From Octopus bimaculoides (lineage: Eukaryota), in assembly GCF_001194135.2 (NCBI RefSeq), contig NC_068987.1, positions 49,228,706-49,292,705 on the forward strand: a stretch of 64,000 nucleotides of DNA, written 5' to 3'. This document shows, one piece after another, positions 1-11,374 of the stretch. How positions within the stretch are numbered: position 1 is the first letter of the stretch; each line of letters starts with the position of its first letter. Made by a program: the position numbers and the translations under genes. The notes under the pieces were generated by a model. That model made no database searches, was not told where the DNA came from, and worked only from the letters and a program-made list of their open reading frames with translations.

Positions 1-282
1 CTGATTGGTCAATTTATAGACCAATCACTTGAAACTATGGTGGTTCATTTGTGGTGTCTGACTGAGTATTTAGCAGTTAGGTTTCAAATCACTGTGACAA
101 AAAGAAGTAGTAACCAGCCATTATAAATAGACCAGTTGCTGGTCAGCAGAGAATGTCAAGAAGGTCAAGAGTACATGCAGACTGTGTTGATAGTCGTGTC
201 TGTGCTAATATAATAATTATACTATGATACTGAGTGGACGTTATAATGATCCAACCTTTTGCGGATAATAACACAGTACAAC

Positions 283-296
283 TGGTGGTCGTACAG
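283..296 (+). promoter_or_regulatory. Putative primer-binding site of the LTR element
   Basis: TGGTGGTCGTACAG begins 2 nt after a CA dinucleotide (279-280) that would end the 5' LTR; cognate tRNA not identified. Confidence 0.55.
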
Positions 297-549
297 TGCT
301 AGATAAAAACATTCTATCAACAACTTCGGAATATAACAATATCTGTCAGAGCAACAACTGTCATCAAAAGACAGATACAACAGTGGCAAAAGACTGCTTT
401 ACAACAGTGGCGATGAAGAAAAACCAATTTATGCAAAGAGAAAAAAAAAAACATTCACACAGAGAGTTTAAACTAATTCACGTGGAAAATTAAATACCTC
501 AACAAAAAAGAAACAAAAATCTTGTGCAAACTTATGAAAATCATAAAAT

Positions 550-1416
550 ATGGAAGACTCGTTAGCTGGGATAGTTGAGTTGCAAAAACAGCAACAACAA
601 GGACAACAACAAGTATTGCAGCAGCAAATATTACAACCGATGAAGTTGATAACCAAACCGGAGAATATGTTTTCACCTGAACATGTAGCAAATTGCAGAA
701 GTGAATTCAATTATGACCCCAAACAAGAAGTAACCTTCAAGGCTTACTTTCAAAGATTTCAACAAATTTTTGAAAGAGAATGTAAGGACTGGACAGACGA
801 AATGAAAATGCATCTAGTTTGAAGAAAACTAGGAACAACGGAGTAATTTCATATTGCCAAAAAAATCATCCAACATAAATTTCATCAACACAGTTGATAT
901 TTTGTGCTAAATGTTTAGTGAAAAGAGCTCATTGTTTAATACTAGATGGAGATGTTTAAACATAGAAAAGAGTGAAAACAAAGACTTCACTACTTACACA
1001 GGCAGAGTCAACAAAGAACATGAGAGATTTAGGATAGAATGCTTACTCCAGATTCTTTCAAGTGTTTGATTTTTGCACAAGGATTAACAGATAGAAGGGA
1101 TGCAGAAATCCAAATGAAAATTCTATCAAAACTGGATATGGACCAGGATTTGACAATGCAGAAACTGTCAGAAGAGTGTAACAGAATATTAAAATCAAGG
1201 CATGATATGGCAGAAATTCAATGGAAAGAGTGTTTCCACATATGACCAGTGCAAAAATGTCAAAAGACAAATAAAGTGTTGCAAGAAAAACAGAAAAATT
1301 ATCAGGATGTAGACCCATGTATAGCATGTGGTGGGATGCACCTGAAAAAAGATTGTCCATATAAAAAAGCAAAGTGTTTTCGCTGTGGATTTACAGGACA
1401 TATAAAATCACACTGC
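550..1416 (+). pseudogene. gag remnant with two zinc knuckles
   Basis: ORF pieces 550-822 (EFNYDPKQEVTFKAYFQRF), 1039-1245 and 1249-. Knuckles CIACGGMHLKKDC (from 1318) and CFRCGFTGHIKSHC (1375-1416). Stops and frameshifts present. Confidence 0.85.
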
Positions 1417-1499
1417 AAAACTAGAATGATAGGGAAATGGAACAAACAAGGAAAAATAAATAGTTTGTCAGCAGGAAAAGTTGTGACTATAACAAACAG

Positions 1500-1700
1500 A
1501 AAATTCATGAATGTGAGAATTGAAAACACTTGTGTAAGAATGCAAGTAGACACAGGAAGTGATATCACAATTATTAATGAGAAAACATAGGAACAAATGG
1601 GTAAACCAAAATTATGTAGTTCAAACAAAATAGCATACAGTGTTATGGGAAGAAAATTATATTCCATGGGCGAACGCATTTGTAATATAATGTTCAAATG
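1500..1700 (+). pseudogene. Retropepsin (aspartic protease) remnant
   Basis: VRMQVDTGSDITIINE with the DTGS motif at 1549-1560; an in-frame TAG follows at 1588-1590. Confidence 0.85.
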
Positions 1701-2019
1701 GCGAACCAAAAAAGTGAATGGTTATGTGTTGAAAAATCTATGAATTTATTTGGTACCGAATGTATGGAGACATTTAATTTATGGGATACACACATAAATG
1801 CTTTGTGCAATAACGTAAATGGAGCAGTCAAATGATCGAACGACATCGATGAACTGAAACAAAAAGAAGTGATGTGGAACATCATGTGTGAACTACCAGT
1901 AACTTTGGAAGAAATAAAAAGAAATGTGAGAAATGACAAATTTATTAATGAGATGAATAGATAACTGTGGTCAACAAAAGGAAATAAAAAAAGGTCTGAC
2001 GCAAAGAACCACCAAGATG

Positions 2020-3039
2020 TGAACAAGTACTCTATATATGATGGGGTACTAATGTACGCTCAGAAGGTGGTCATACCACAGACATTACAGAAGAGAATGC
2101 TAAAAGAGTTTCATGTGAGATACCCAGGCATCTCTAGAATGAAAGCACTGATGCGAAGTTTTGTATACTGGACAAGCATAGACAAGGAAGTTGAAAAGGC
2201 TGCAGAGGATGTGCACTGGCAGCAAAACTAACTACTACAAAATATGAACCTTGGCCAGAACCTTGGTCCTGATTGCATATCGATTTTGCAGGCCCACTAA
2301 ATCAATATTATTACTTAATAGTAGTGGACAGCTACACAAAATGGCCTGAGGTCATTAGGTGTAAACAAGCAACCTCATATACAGTAATAAACTTCTTACA
2401 CAAGCTGTTTGCAAAATTTAGTGTACCAGATATAATTGTCTCTGATAACGGAACACAGTTTGTATCCTGTGAGTTTAAAAGATTCTGTGAGATTTTCACA
2501 TTAGAACATAAAACTATATAGCACCATATCACCCTATATCAAATGGAAGGGCTGAACAGTTCATGAACACTTTTAAGAGAGCTTTAAAGAAAGTTAATAA
2601 GGAAGCTACAGACAAGGTTGAAATTCAACAATTCTTAAGTGTATACAGGGTAACTCTGAATCCAAATGTGCCAGAAGGAAGTTCACCAGCAGAATTAATG
2701 TATGCCAGAAAGGTGAAGTCAGTATTCGATAAACTGTTACCGGTGAAGAAGAAAATATGTACTAGTAAAGACATGCTAAAATTCTTTAGAATAGGTGATA
2801 AGGTATATGTAAGAATGTAGAAAAATGGCAAGCAAGAAATTGTAACATACATAGGAAGAATGATATATGGTGTAAGAAACAGAAATGGAATGGAAAGGAG
2901 ACATAGAAATCAGCTTAAGGAAAGAGTCATAGAAAAGGAACCAACAAGAGTAGAAATACTTATAGATTGGCTATATGACACTTTTCAGGTACCAACACCA
3001 TTACAAGAAGTCAAAACCACACGTACAAGAAAAAGGTAG
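2020..3039 (+). pseudogene. Integrase remnant (zinc-binding region plus rve core)
   Basis: HVRYPGISRMKALMRSFVYW, HIDFAGP...LIVVDSYTKWPEV, VPDIIVSDNGTQF, SPAELMYARK; frameshifted. Confidence 0.9.
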
Positions 3040-3069
3040 AACACTGAATTCCTATAAGTACACCCTAAG

Positions 3070-3100
<31 letters not shown>

Positions 3101-3143
3101 GAGGTAGGGTGAATAAAAGAAATTAATTGTTAATAAAAAAATT

Positions 3144-3154
3144 AAAAGGGGAGA
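3144..3154 (+). promoter_or_regulatory. Polypurine tract
   Basis: AAAAGGGGAGA immediately followed by TGTTG, the start of the 3' LTR at 3155. Confidence 0.75.
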
Positions 3155-3245
3155 TGTTGTATAGTAAAACTGTACACCTCTCCCAGTAACAAGTGGTAGT
3201 AACCAGCCATTATAAATAGACCAGTAGCCAGTCGACAGAGAGAAG

Positions 3246-3511
3246 GTTTGATACTGGTGATACATTTCCATCTTCAGTCTCTAGCTCCTTACTAACTTTG
3301 TAGACGAAAGATCTGATAACTTTTAAAAATTGAGATATTTCTAAATTGCTATACTCAGCCTTTATAACTATAATAACAACATGCCTCTTCATTTCTTGTG
3401 TAAGCTGAGGGTCTGCCATTATTATTTTCTGAAACAAAGATTATACAGAGTTAGCAAAAAATGCAACAATGACCCAAAAATGTTAAGTCCTCAAATACCT
3501 TATGCACTCTG
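3246..3511 (-). mobile_element. Tc1/mariner-type transposon 5' fragment (end plus N-terminal HTH)
   Basis: Minus strand encodes MADPQLTQEMKRHVVIIVIKAEYSNLEISQFLKVIRSFVYKVSKEL; element end CAGAGTGCATAAGG abuts a TA at 3512; truncates the 3' LTR. Confidence 0.6.
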
Positions 3512-3519
3512 TATATATA

Positions 3520-4172
3520 TAGAAGAGGTTGGCCCAGGAAGGCATGGGACAAGGTGGTGAAGCATGATCTTCAAATGTTGGGCCTCATGGGGGAATTGAC
3601 TAGTGACTGAGACTTTTGATGATATGCTGTGCTTGAAAAGACTTGTCAAGCCAAGTGAAATCATAGTCGTGGCCATTGCTAGTGTCATGTAAATGGCACT
3701 GATGAAATCGTAACCATGGTCATTGCCAGTAGCATGATCTTTGAATGTTGGGTCTCACAGAGGTGGTGAAGCATGATCTTTGAATGTTGAACTCAAGGAG
3801 GTGGTGAAGAATGATCTTTGAATGTTGGCCTCAAGGAGGAGATGACAAGTGACCAAGACCTTCGCAATATTCTGTGCTTGAGAAGACTCGCCAAGCCAAA
3901 TGAAACCATAGTCATGGCTGTTACCAGGGTTATCCAAATGGCACCCATGTAATCATAGTCATAGCCATTGTTGGTGTCATATAAATGGCACCCGTACAGG
4001 TGGCATATAAAGAGCACCCATTATACCCTTGGAGTAGCTGGCATTAGGAAGGGCATCCAGCTGTAGAAACCACGCCAAATGCAACTGGAACCTGCTGCAG
4101 CTCTCCGGCTTATCAGTTCCAGTCAAACAGCATGGAAGTAGATGTTAAATGATGCTGATGATGATGATGATA
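3520..4172 (+). mobile_element. RTE-type LINE 3' fragment with internal tandem duplications
   Basis: GRPRKAWDKVVKHDLQMLGL C-terminal motif, ~38-bp units repeated at 3730-3850, 3' UTR shared with other copies, (GAT)n tail. Confidence 0.75.
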
Positions 4173-4184
4173 TGCATATATATC

Positions 4185-4520
4185 ATCATCATCATCATCA
4201 TCATCATCATCTTCATCGTCATCATCATCATCATCGTTTAACATCCGCTTTCCATGCTGGCATGGGTTGGACGGTTTGACTGAGGACTGGCAAGCTAGAA
4301 GGCTCCAATCTGATCTGGTAAAGTTTCTACAGCTGGATGCCCTTCCTAATGCCAACCACTCCGAGAGTGCAGTGGGTGCTTTTACATGCCAGCAGCACGA
4401 GGGCCAGTTAGGTGGTACTAGCAACAACCACGCACAGAAGGTGTCTTTTATGTGCCACCTGCACGGGAGCAAGTCCGGTGGCACTGGCAATGACCACGCT
4501 GGAATGTTGTTTTTCACAAT
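4185..4520 (-). mobile_element. RTE-type LINE 3' end, tail-to-tail with the preceding copy
   Basis: (CAT)n tail then TTTAACATCCGCTTTCCATGCTGGCATGGGTTGG...CAGCTGGATGCCCTTCCTAATGCCAACC, the reverse complement of the 4020-4172 region. Confidence 0.8.
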
Positions 4521-4549
4521 GTATATATTTATATATATGTATACATATA

Positions 4550-5100
4550 NNNNNNNNNNNNNNNNNNNNNNNNNNNNNNNNNNNNNNNNNNNNNNNNNNN
4601 NNNNNNNNNNNNNNNNNNNNNNNNNNNNNNNNNNNNNNNNNNNNNNNNNNNNNNNNNNNNNNNNNNNNNNNNNNNNNNNNNNNNNNNNNNNNNNNNNNNN
4701 NNNNNNNNNNNNNNNNNNNNNNNNNNNNNNNNNNNNNNNNNNNNNNNNNNNNNNNNNNNNNNNNNNNNNNNNNNNNNNNNNNNNNNNNNNNNNNNNNNNN
4801 NNNNNNNNNNNNNNNNNNNNNNNNNNNNNNNNNNNNNNNNNNNNNNNNNNNNNNNNNNNNNNNNNNNNNNNNNNNNNNNNNNNNNNNNNNNNNNNNNNNN
4901 NNNNNNNNNNNNNNNNNNNNNNNNNNNNNNNNNNNNNNNNNNNNNNNNNNNNNNNNNNNNNNNNNNNNNNNNNNNNNNNNNNNNNNNNNNNNNNNNNNNN
5001 NNNNNNNNNNNNNNNNNNNNNNNNNNNNNNNNNNNNNNNNNNNNNNNNNNNNNNNNNNNNNNNNNNNNNNNNNNNNNNNNNNNNNNNNNNNNNNNNNNNN
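4550..5100. other. Assembly gap; other gaps at 24022-24095, 25032-25340, 26730-27081, 38395-38723, 41603-42528, 47508-47789, 53209-53218, 58098-58902
   Basis: Runs of N, most flanked by (TA)n or (TATC)n microsatellites. Confidence 1.
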
Positions 5101-5481
5101 ATATATATATGTATATATATATATATTTATATATATATATATATATCGATCATTGGTAAAACATAAATCTGAAAAAGAAGCACATTCTAAGTTATAGAGC
5201 AGTATATAATATAGTTAAAGTTAGATAAGGTTGGTTTCTGGGATTACCCTGGGTTTCACATCCATAAAGTGCTTAGCCTTATGGCATATCATCAGTTCTC
5301 AAAACCTGATGGCTTAAGGCCTCTCTAGCGAGTGTGGCTTCCATATTCCAGAGAGGCCACACATTAGAGAGGTCTTAAGTCAACAGGTTTTGGGATCTGA
5401 AGATATGCCATAAAGCTAAATGCTTTATGGACATGAAACCCAGGGTAATCCCATAAACCGGCCTTATCTAACTTTATATAT

Positions 5482-5518
<37 letters not shown>

Positions 5519-5534
5519 CATTTGTATATATCTA

Positions 5535-5760
5535 TATGTGTGTGTTTATGTCTGTATTTGTCCCACCACTGCTTGACAACCAATGTTGACGTGTTTACAT
5601 CCCTGTAACTATTAATTTGGCAAAAGAGACTGATTGAATAAGCACTAGGCTTTAAAAAAATATATAAGTCCTGAGGTCAATTTATTTGAATAAAACTCTT
5701 CAAGGCAGTGCTCCACCATGGCCACAGTCAAATGATTGAAACAAGTAAAAGATAAAAGAT
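5535..5760 (+). mobile_element. 3' half (C part) of SINE family B/C; other C parts at 8805-8910 (+), 18855-19010 (-), 46735-46910 (-), 61670-61862 (+), 62770-62955 (-)
   Basis: Recurrent TTTGTCCCACCACTGCTTGACAAC...GGTGCTCCAGCATGGCCACAGTCAAATGACTGAAACAAGTAAAAGA, usually preceded by (TG)n. Confidence 0.75.
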
Positions 5761-5891
5761 GAAAGATATGTATGCCAAATTTTATGATATTACCCAAGGT
5801 TTCAAGTTACCTTTCATATGACAGGTAACATTCTAGTTTCTTATAACTTACACTATATAAGAATATTTTTACTTTTTATTTTTTTTTTTAG

Positions 5892-6345
5892 TTTTGTCTT
5901 TGGCCAGTAAGTGTTATTTCCTATTTGCTTCTATTTAGAAATCAAAGGAAATGACTACTATTCCCTTCAACTTTTGCTTTTGTGACCTGGACATCAATGT
6001 TTTAAAACTGACCTATTTTCTATTACATTTCAGACAGATTGAGCACTGAGTTGCTGAAGCAGAAATATCATTATAACAAATATTCTGCTCAATAGCACAG
6101 ATTTGCTTGACCTTAACCACCTGAGCATGTTCCTTTGTGGCTGACAATATGTGCACCTCTGATCATGAGCAGGAGTAATGGGGAACATCATAGCCATGAG
6201 TTGAGTGGGATTCTTTGGGGTCTGAATAACGTAACAAATGCAAAGTTTGAAGGAAATATTAACCATTTTTTATATTTTCTTGGGGTAAGCAAATAGGAGA
6301 TAACTGTTGCTATCCAAGGACAAAAATCGTGTTACACAGTGTTAT
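5892..6345. mobile_element. MITE with ~35-bp imperfect TIRs; inverted second copy at ~28305-28765
   Basis: TTTTGTCTTTGGCCAGTAAGTGTTATTTCCTATTTG versus CAAATAGGAGATAACTGTTGCTATCCAAGGACAAAA; the body aligns by eye to the reverse complement of 28305-28765. Confidence 0.75.
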
Positions 6346-7350
6346 TAAGTGTTTTAAATGTTTGTGCCAATGTTACAATAGATAAAGCAGCCAGATTGAT
6401 TCAGTCAAACTTTGCTACTCACTGAAAAATTTATAATTTTAATCAATGATAAAAAAATATTATTTCAAAAACCAATTACACATTTCAGTTGAAATCGGTT
6501 CAGTTAGAAAAGAAAAGATTGGATATCTTGAAATGACTTTTTTCCATTGTCAATAGTTAAGTGTTGAAATTATTGGTAAGTTGCAGGCAGAATTCTCTAG
6601 AAATCATTTAATGGAAACTGTACAGAAAAAGAATTAAATTGATAATCTCAAAGCATGTGAATCCCACTGTCTCAACTACTAGATTATTTGGAGACAGTAG
6701 GATTAATAGTATTTCTAATAAACTGAGAAATTGTCGTTGTCATTCAATCTTACTAGGGTAGAGTTTCGAAGTAGCTATTTCTTATGACTTGATATATTCT
6801 TTTCTTTTTCAAGCCGTAATTATTCTTATTCGTCATGCACTTAAAATTACAATTCTAGAAAACTTTATTTTCAGAATTAAATATATTTTTTCAAATTACT
6901 GAACCCCACTAGCTTTTTCTTTTCCATTATTTTTTTTTTTGTCTTTTTGCATATTCTTGCTTGTCATACATTGGAAAAAAATTTCATGTTTTGTACATAA
7001 ATTTTTTCCCTTGAATTAATTAAATTTTCTACTACATTTACAAAATTGTTACTCTGAATAATGTTTTTAACAAAATAATGTAGAGGGATAAGTGATACGA
7101 AACCCAAGACTGTAGGGGCCGGAAAAAAGTTTATCAGGAACATCATTAAATCAATGAAAATCTAGTTGTTTGTTTGAATTCAAGAGGGATAACTCTTAAA
7201 CCGGTGTCGTGGGGAAAAAACTATCAAAATTTGAGATTTCCTTGAAAAATAAAGCAAATCTTCTATAAAATGCTCCTAACAAATATTTTAAGAATGGAAG
7301 GAAGGGAGATCAAAGGATCAGGGGACAGAGGATTTTTGAAAGGAACGAAA

Positions 7351-7578
7351 ATGTTCCGCGTTCGGAAAATTTTTGTATTTGGAACCCTATTATATACAAT
7401 AGGTTTAACAGCGGTATTCTTGAGCATGGACATTTACAAGAAAATGTCTAACAAAATCGATGAAGTGGATCATTATTTTCAAACCGAACGGATAAAAAGA
7501 TATGAAGAAATACTAGAAAAAAGAGTAGAACGTAGTAAGAAGTATGCAAAATTGCTTGAAGAGGACAAGTTGCAATGA
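7351..7578 (+). CDS. Putative 75-aa single-pass membrane microprotein (N-terminal TM, charged helical tail), unrecognised
   Basis: AAAATG start context. MFRVRKIFVFGTLLYTIGLTAVFLSMDIYKK...ERIKRYEEILEKRVERSKKYAKLLEEDKLQ. Non-repetitive sequence, AATAAA at 7751. An in-frame upstream ATG at 7270 would give 102 aa. Confidence 0.6.
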   Translation: MFRVRKIFVFGTLLYTIGLTAVFLSMDIYKKMSNKIDEVDHYFQTERIKRYEEILEKRVERSKKYAKLLEEDKLQ

Positions 7579-7750
7579 AGTTTATTATTCGGTCAGCCGG
7601 TTGTTGTATAAATGACTCGAGACAATGTAACTTTACAAACTCTTGTTCTTCAAAGAATATTACGTAAAACATTTTAGAATTTTGTTTGTATTTCTTTATG
7701 AGAATGCACTCATCTGGACCCTTAACTGAAATTAGCAAGTATGTTTTGTG

Positions 7751-7756
7751 AATAAA
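7751..7756 (+). terminator. Polyadenylation signal for the microprotein transcript
   Basis: AATAAA ~170 nt after the stop, followed by a T/GT-rich tract (TTTGGTTTTATTT). Confidence 0.45.
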
Positions 7757-9719
7757 AGTTATTCACACTTTGGTTTTATTTAATCTTATTTCTGCTAAAA
7801 AAGAAAAAGAATCCTAAAGACTGACTTGCTGTAAACATTGTCAAACAAAATGGTGTTTACAATCATTTGAAATTTAGACCACAAAGTGTCATCTACTAAA
7901 TTACAATATCATCAACTTGCAAAATATTCCCGTAACTTTGTTGAATCAATGTGGAAACTTCATTCAGTTTGAGAAGTTAAACGTAACCTGTTACATATAA
8001 TTCTTGAAAAGCGAAAGCGAATTTAACTTTAATGAATTTAATTGGAAATGACAATTTTATTTTGATAAAAAATATAAGAAAATAGACAAAATATTCTTAG
8101 TTTTGTTTTTGATTGGTTTTAAAATGTGAGAGTAAGGGTTCCTGTCTCGTGGCCAGCAGACAGCATTTTGCATTTGTTTTTATGTATTTGTTGTTTTATA
8201 AGACGGAGGGTGTGATTTGAGAAAAATTTGGTTGCTTCTACTAGCAGAACACGCTATTTCTAATGAAGCTTGTTTTTAAAACACATGGAAAATATATATT
8301 TGTAAATTACATGTTTGCATTACTTCTGTGAATATGAGAACCGCGAGTAGAGAGTCCCTGTGTCCAGTAATCTTGAACTTTTGGTTTCACAATCGAAATT
8401 CTGGTTATCAAATTTCTGATTAAATGTAAAGTATTTATATTGTCGATAAATTATCATCTCAGCAATTGTTAATTTAATTACGTAAAATTTTCTCAATGAT
8501 TCGGTCTTTTTTTTATTGGTGACCTTGAAGTCAGGCAATCTTTCGGTCTCTGTCAACAAAGAATGTTTATATTTTGTACTGAATAACGTTATGTGTAAGA
8601 CCGGCTAATCAAGATGAATATTGTTTGCAATTTACAAAGGAAATAATTTTTTTTTTTTGCATATTCGTAATCTACATCTAAAACGTAGGGATTTTAATTT
8701 TTTTTTTTTTTAATGCATTTTTCAAGGAGAGGTGCGAAACTGCATTAGCCCCAAAAGCGCTTTTCTCATAAATTAGTTTAGACATTCTCTAATAACCATA
8801 CATATACTAGGCTTAAGAAATAAGTCCTTGGGTTGATTTGTTTGACTAAAACCCTTCAAAGCAGTACACCAGCATGGCCACAGTCAAATGACTGAAACAA
8901 GTAAAAGAGTAACCTTTCAAACACTATATCAGCTAAGCAAATGACCCTCTCTAAATCACTGTAACATATTTAGAAAATTACCTCTGTTTCCTTTGACCAT
9001 ATAAATAACCTTAAACCATATAAATAAATTTAGACAGGCAAAATGAGTAAGACAAGATAAGGTAAATTTTCCTCATAAGTTTTCCAGAATTACATTTCAA
9101 AAAAGACTCATACACATCAATATCCATTCTTAGACATCAGAAAAGCCAAAAAATATTTAAATATATAAGGCAAATGGAAAATGGCACATAATATGAAATT
9201 GACGAATCTTGACTAAATTTGAAACCTCAACATAAAATATTCTCTATAGCTTCTTCATAATCTGCTGGAGTGGCTCTCTTCCTGATACATTTACATGCCA
9301 TGCGGTTAAAGAGAAGAAATCGTTGAAATTAGTCATTATTCATTTTACATCATTTTTTGAAAATCAAATTAGATATTAGTGTGGGAAAAATTGACTCGGA
9401 ATCCAACAGAGAAAAGGATATTTATTGTTAAACACAAAAATTGTCCAAATGTTTTATTAGCAATCCCAATTACAAATTAGTCAAAGTTGAAAAATTTCTT
9501 GTAAAAAGAAGACATGCCACTTGTCTATGATTTGGGCTCTCTCAACTTCAACAACGACTATACCGACCAATTTTTACTCCCAAAGATGATGCAAAAATAC
9601 AAAACGATGATGCAGTATTTGCAATGTAATGGTTTTAAACAGGTAAAGACAAAATTTGAAGAAATCAGAAATTACTCATTTTGTCCCAGTTACCTGTTTG
9701 TCCCACCCAGCAAATCCTG

Positions 9720-9885
9720 TTGCATCATTATCATCAACGTTATTTAATGTCCAGATTCAATCCTGGCGTAGGTTGGATGATTTGATATCTGACAAGTCGG
9801 AGGACTGCCTCATGCACTTGTGTCTTCATCGGCATGGTTTCTATGGCTGGATGATCTTAATGACAACCACTTTACATATGTGTAT
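9720..9885 (-). mobile_element. RTE-tail repeat fragment
   Basis: (CAT)n-like tail plus TTTAATGTCC...GGTTGGATG...TTTCTATGGCTGGATG. Confidence 0.6.
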
Positions 9886-10344
9886 GTGTACATCTGCAAA
9901 TATTGTGATATTTACATTTGTAAAAAGACGATACTCAGTATTTAAACTTTGCCATTCAATAAAAGGAAGTCGACAATTTAAGTAACAGATTATAAATGTC
10001 TAAAATTCTACTAGCGTGGCGGTTGTCCAATGCTTGAAATCATTCCAAAAATAAAAAGAATATATACTTAAGCAAAATCCACGTAATTACTGACAGGAGA
10101 CATGGGCGGTAACTCTATTAGAGTTACTTCCCTTGTGAACCGTTTCTTTTTATTTATTTTTTTCATTGTAATCAATATTATACTATTATTAAATAGTACC
10201 TTGTTCTTTTATGATTTTTGGATATAATGAAACACTTTATTTCGTAATTATTTTAAATCACTTTATTGGAAAATAAAGTAACTGACTTTGCAGCAGATTC
10301 GTCCATTATTTAAATCTTCAGGGCAGTTAGTTTGTAGAGACAAA

Positions 10345-10560
10345 CATCATCAGCATCATTGTTTTAGCCCCCACTTTTCCATGCTTGCATAGGCTGGACG
10401 CAGTTTTATTGAGGCGGATCTTCTACGGCCAGATGCCTTTCCAGTTGCTAACTCTTTTCTGTTTCCAAACTTAATAATGTTTCCTGTGGGCTAGAATGTT
10501 TCCATAGAATATTAGAAACGAATGACATTCATTTAAAACGATCATGCAATGTTCCAATGA
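10345..10560 (-). mobile_element. Short repeat family E sharing the RTE tail; other copies at ~30105-30330, 32860-33130, 37225-37400, 40135-40340, 49270-49740 (split), 63340-63560
   Basis: Recurrent CATCAT...TTTTCCATG...GATTTTCTA...GATGCC...CCTGTTTC(C/T)AAG...AAGGTAA.ATTTC...GGCCAGA; no coding signal. Confidence 0.6.
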
Positions 10561-10747
10561 CAGGCCTGTCACCAGACTTTGGTGCCTGGGGGTGCTTCAG
10601 AATATTCTGGATGGACACGAATTTGTATTGCAGGAAAATTTTTGTAAACTGTATTTTCTAAATCTGAGGGTGCACCATTGAATAGAGAGGGAGCAGTGCC
10701 ATCCAGTGCATCCCCTTAGCGACAGGCATGCTGGATGAGGAGCACAA

Positions 10748-10778
<31 letters not shown>

Positions 10779-10785
10779 GATCACA

Positions 10786-10945
10786 ATGGGCTTCTTTCAG
10801 ATTCCAGTTACAAAATCCACTCACAAGGCTTTGGTTGGGCAAGGCTATAGTGGAAGATACTTACTAAAGATGACATGCAGTGGGACTGAACCCAAAACTA
10901 TGTGTTTGGGAAGTAAACTTCTGAACCACACATCCACGCCAGTAC
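10786..10945 (-). mobile_element. tRNA-like head (B part) of SINE family B/C; other heads at 13281-13440 (-), 19697-19820 (-), 27082-27238 (-), 30826-30982 (-), 33240-33325 (-), 40370-40527 (-), 44326-44482 (-), 44565-44640 (+), 45470-45635 (+), 57762-57915 (+), 63140-63290 (-)
   Basis: Sense consensus GGCTGTGTGGTAAGAAGCTTGC...ACCACATGGTTCCGGGTTCAGTCCCACTGC...CCTTGGGCAAGTGTC...AAGCCTTGTGAGTGGATTTGG...GAAAGAAGCCC, with A-box- and B-box-like motifs. Confidence 0.85.
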
Positions 10946-11374
10946 CTCTCTCTCTCTCCCTCTCTCTCTCCCTCTCTCTCTCCCTCTCTTTCGTATAGAC
11001 ACATATGCACACAAACACACCTAGGCATCTCTTGTTGGTTCACCACCTAAGTGTAAAACTTTAAAAAACCCAAAACAGGTGACTTTGCCTAAATACACTC
11101 CATCAAGACATTCTCAAGTAGTATTCTCAGTATCATGACTTGTTCTGTCACTCCTTTTACTAGTCACCTTGATGCTTAATTATACACTATTTAAACTTAG
11201 ATGAATTCTGAAATAAATTCTAGAGGATGCAGGTAACTACTCCATTGAGTGTTAACTATCCTACTAAGATTACTGTACACTAAAGACTAGGTATAAAATA
11301 GCTCTTTCTGCCAAAGATATTTACAAAATATGTCAACAGCTCCATAAAGAAGCGCCAATCATGCAAAATGGATG

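Larger units (their letters stand above)
1..3245 (+). mobile_element. Degenerate Ty3/gypsy LTR retrotransposon (K02A2.6/Mag-like), gag-PR-IN, RT/RNaseH absent; 5' LTR partial, 3' LTR truncated
   Basis: Two CCHC knuckles, DTGS protease and integrase core in order. A 30-bp block GTAGTAACCAGCCATTATAAATAGACCAGT is shared by 107-136 and 3196-3225. PBS-like TGG follows ...ACA at 280; a PPT precedes TG at 3155. Confidence 0.9.

Noticed and set aside
3730-3850. CRISPR-like short direct repeats (also 39810-39870, 47945-48004)
   Set aside because: No unique spacers, eukaryotic context; these are slippage duplications inside transposons.
6964-7146. 60-aa minus-strand ORF divergent from the microprotein
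   Set aside because: Composition follows the AT-rich background, no recognisable motif and weak start context; kept only as part of the promoter-island question.
9460-9650. ORF 9514-9747 with a donor at 9643, and an in-frame TGA in another frame suggesting selenocysteine
   Set aside because: No homology recognised, no SECIS seen, and the TGA frame is closed by stops a short way on both sides.
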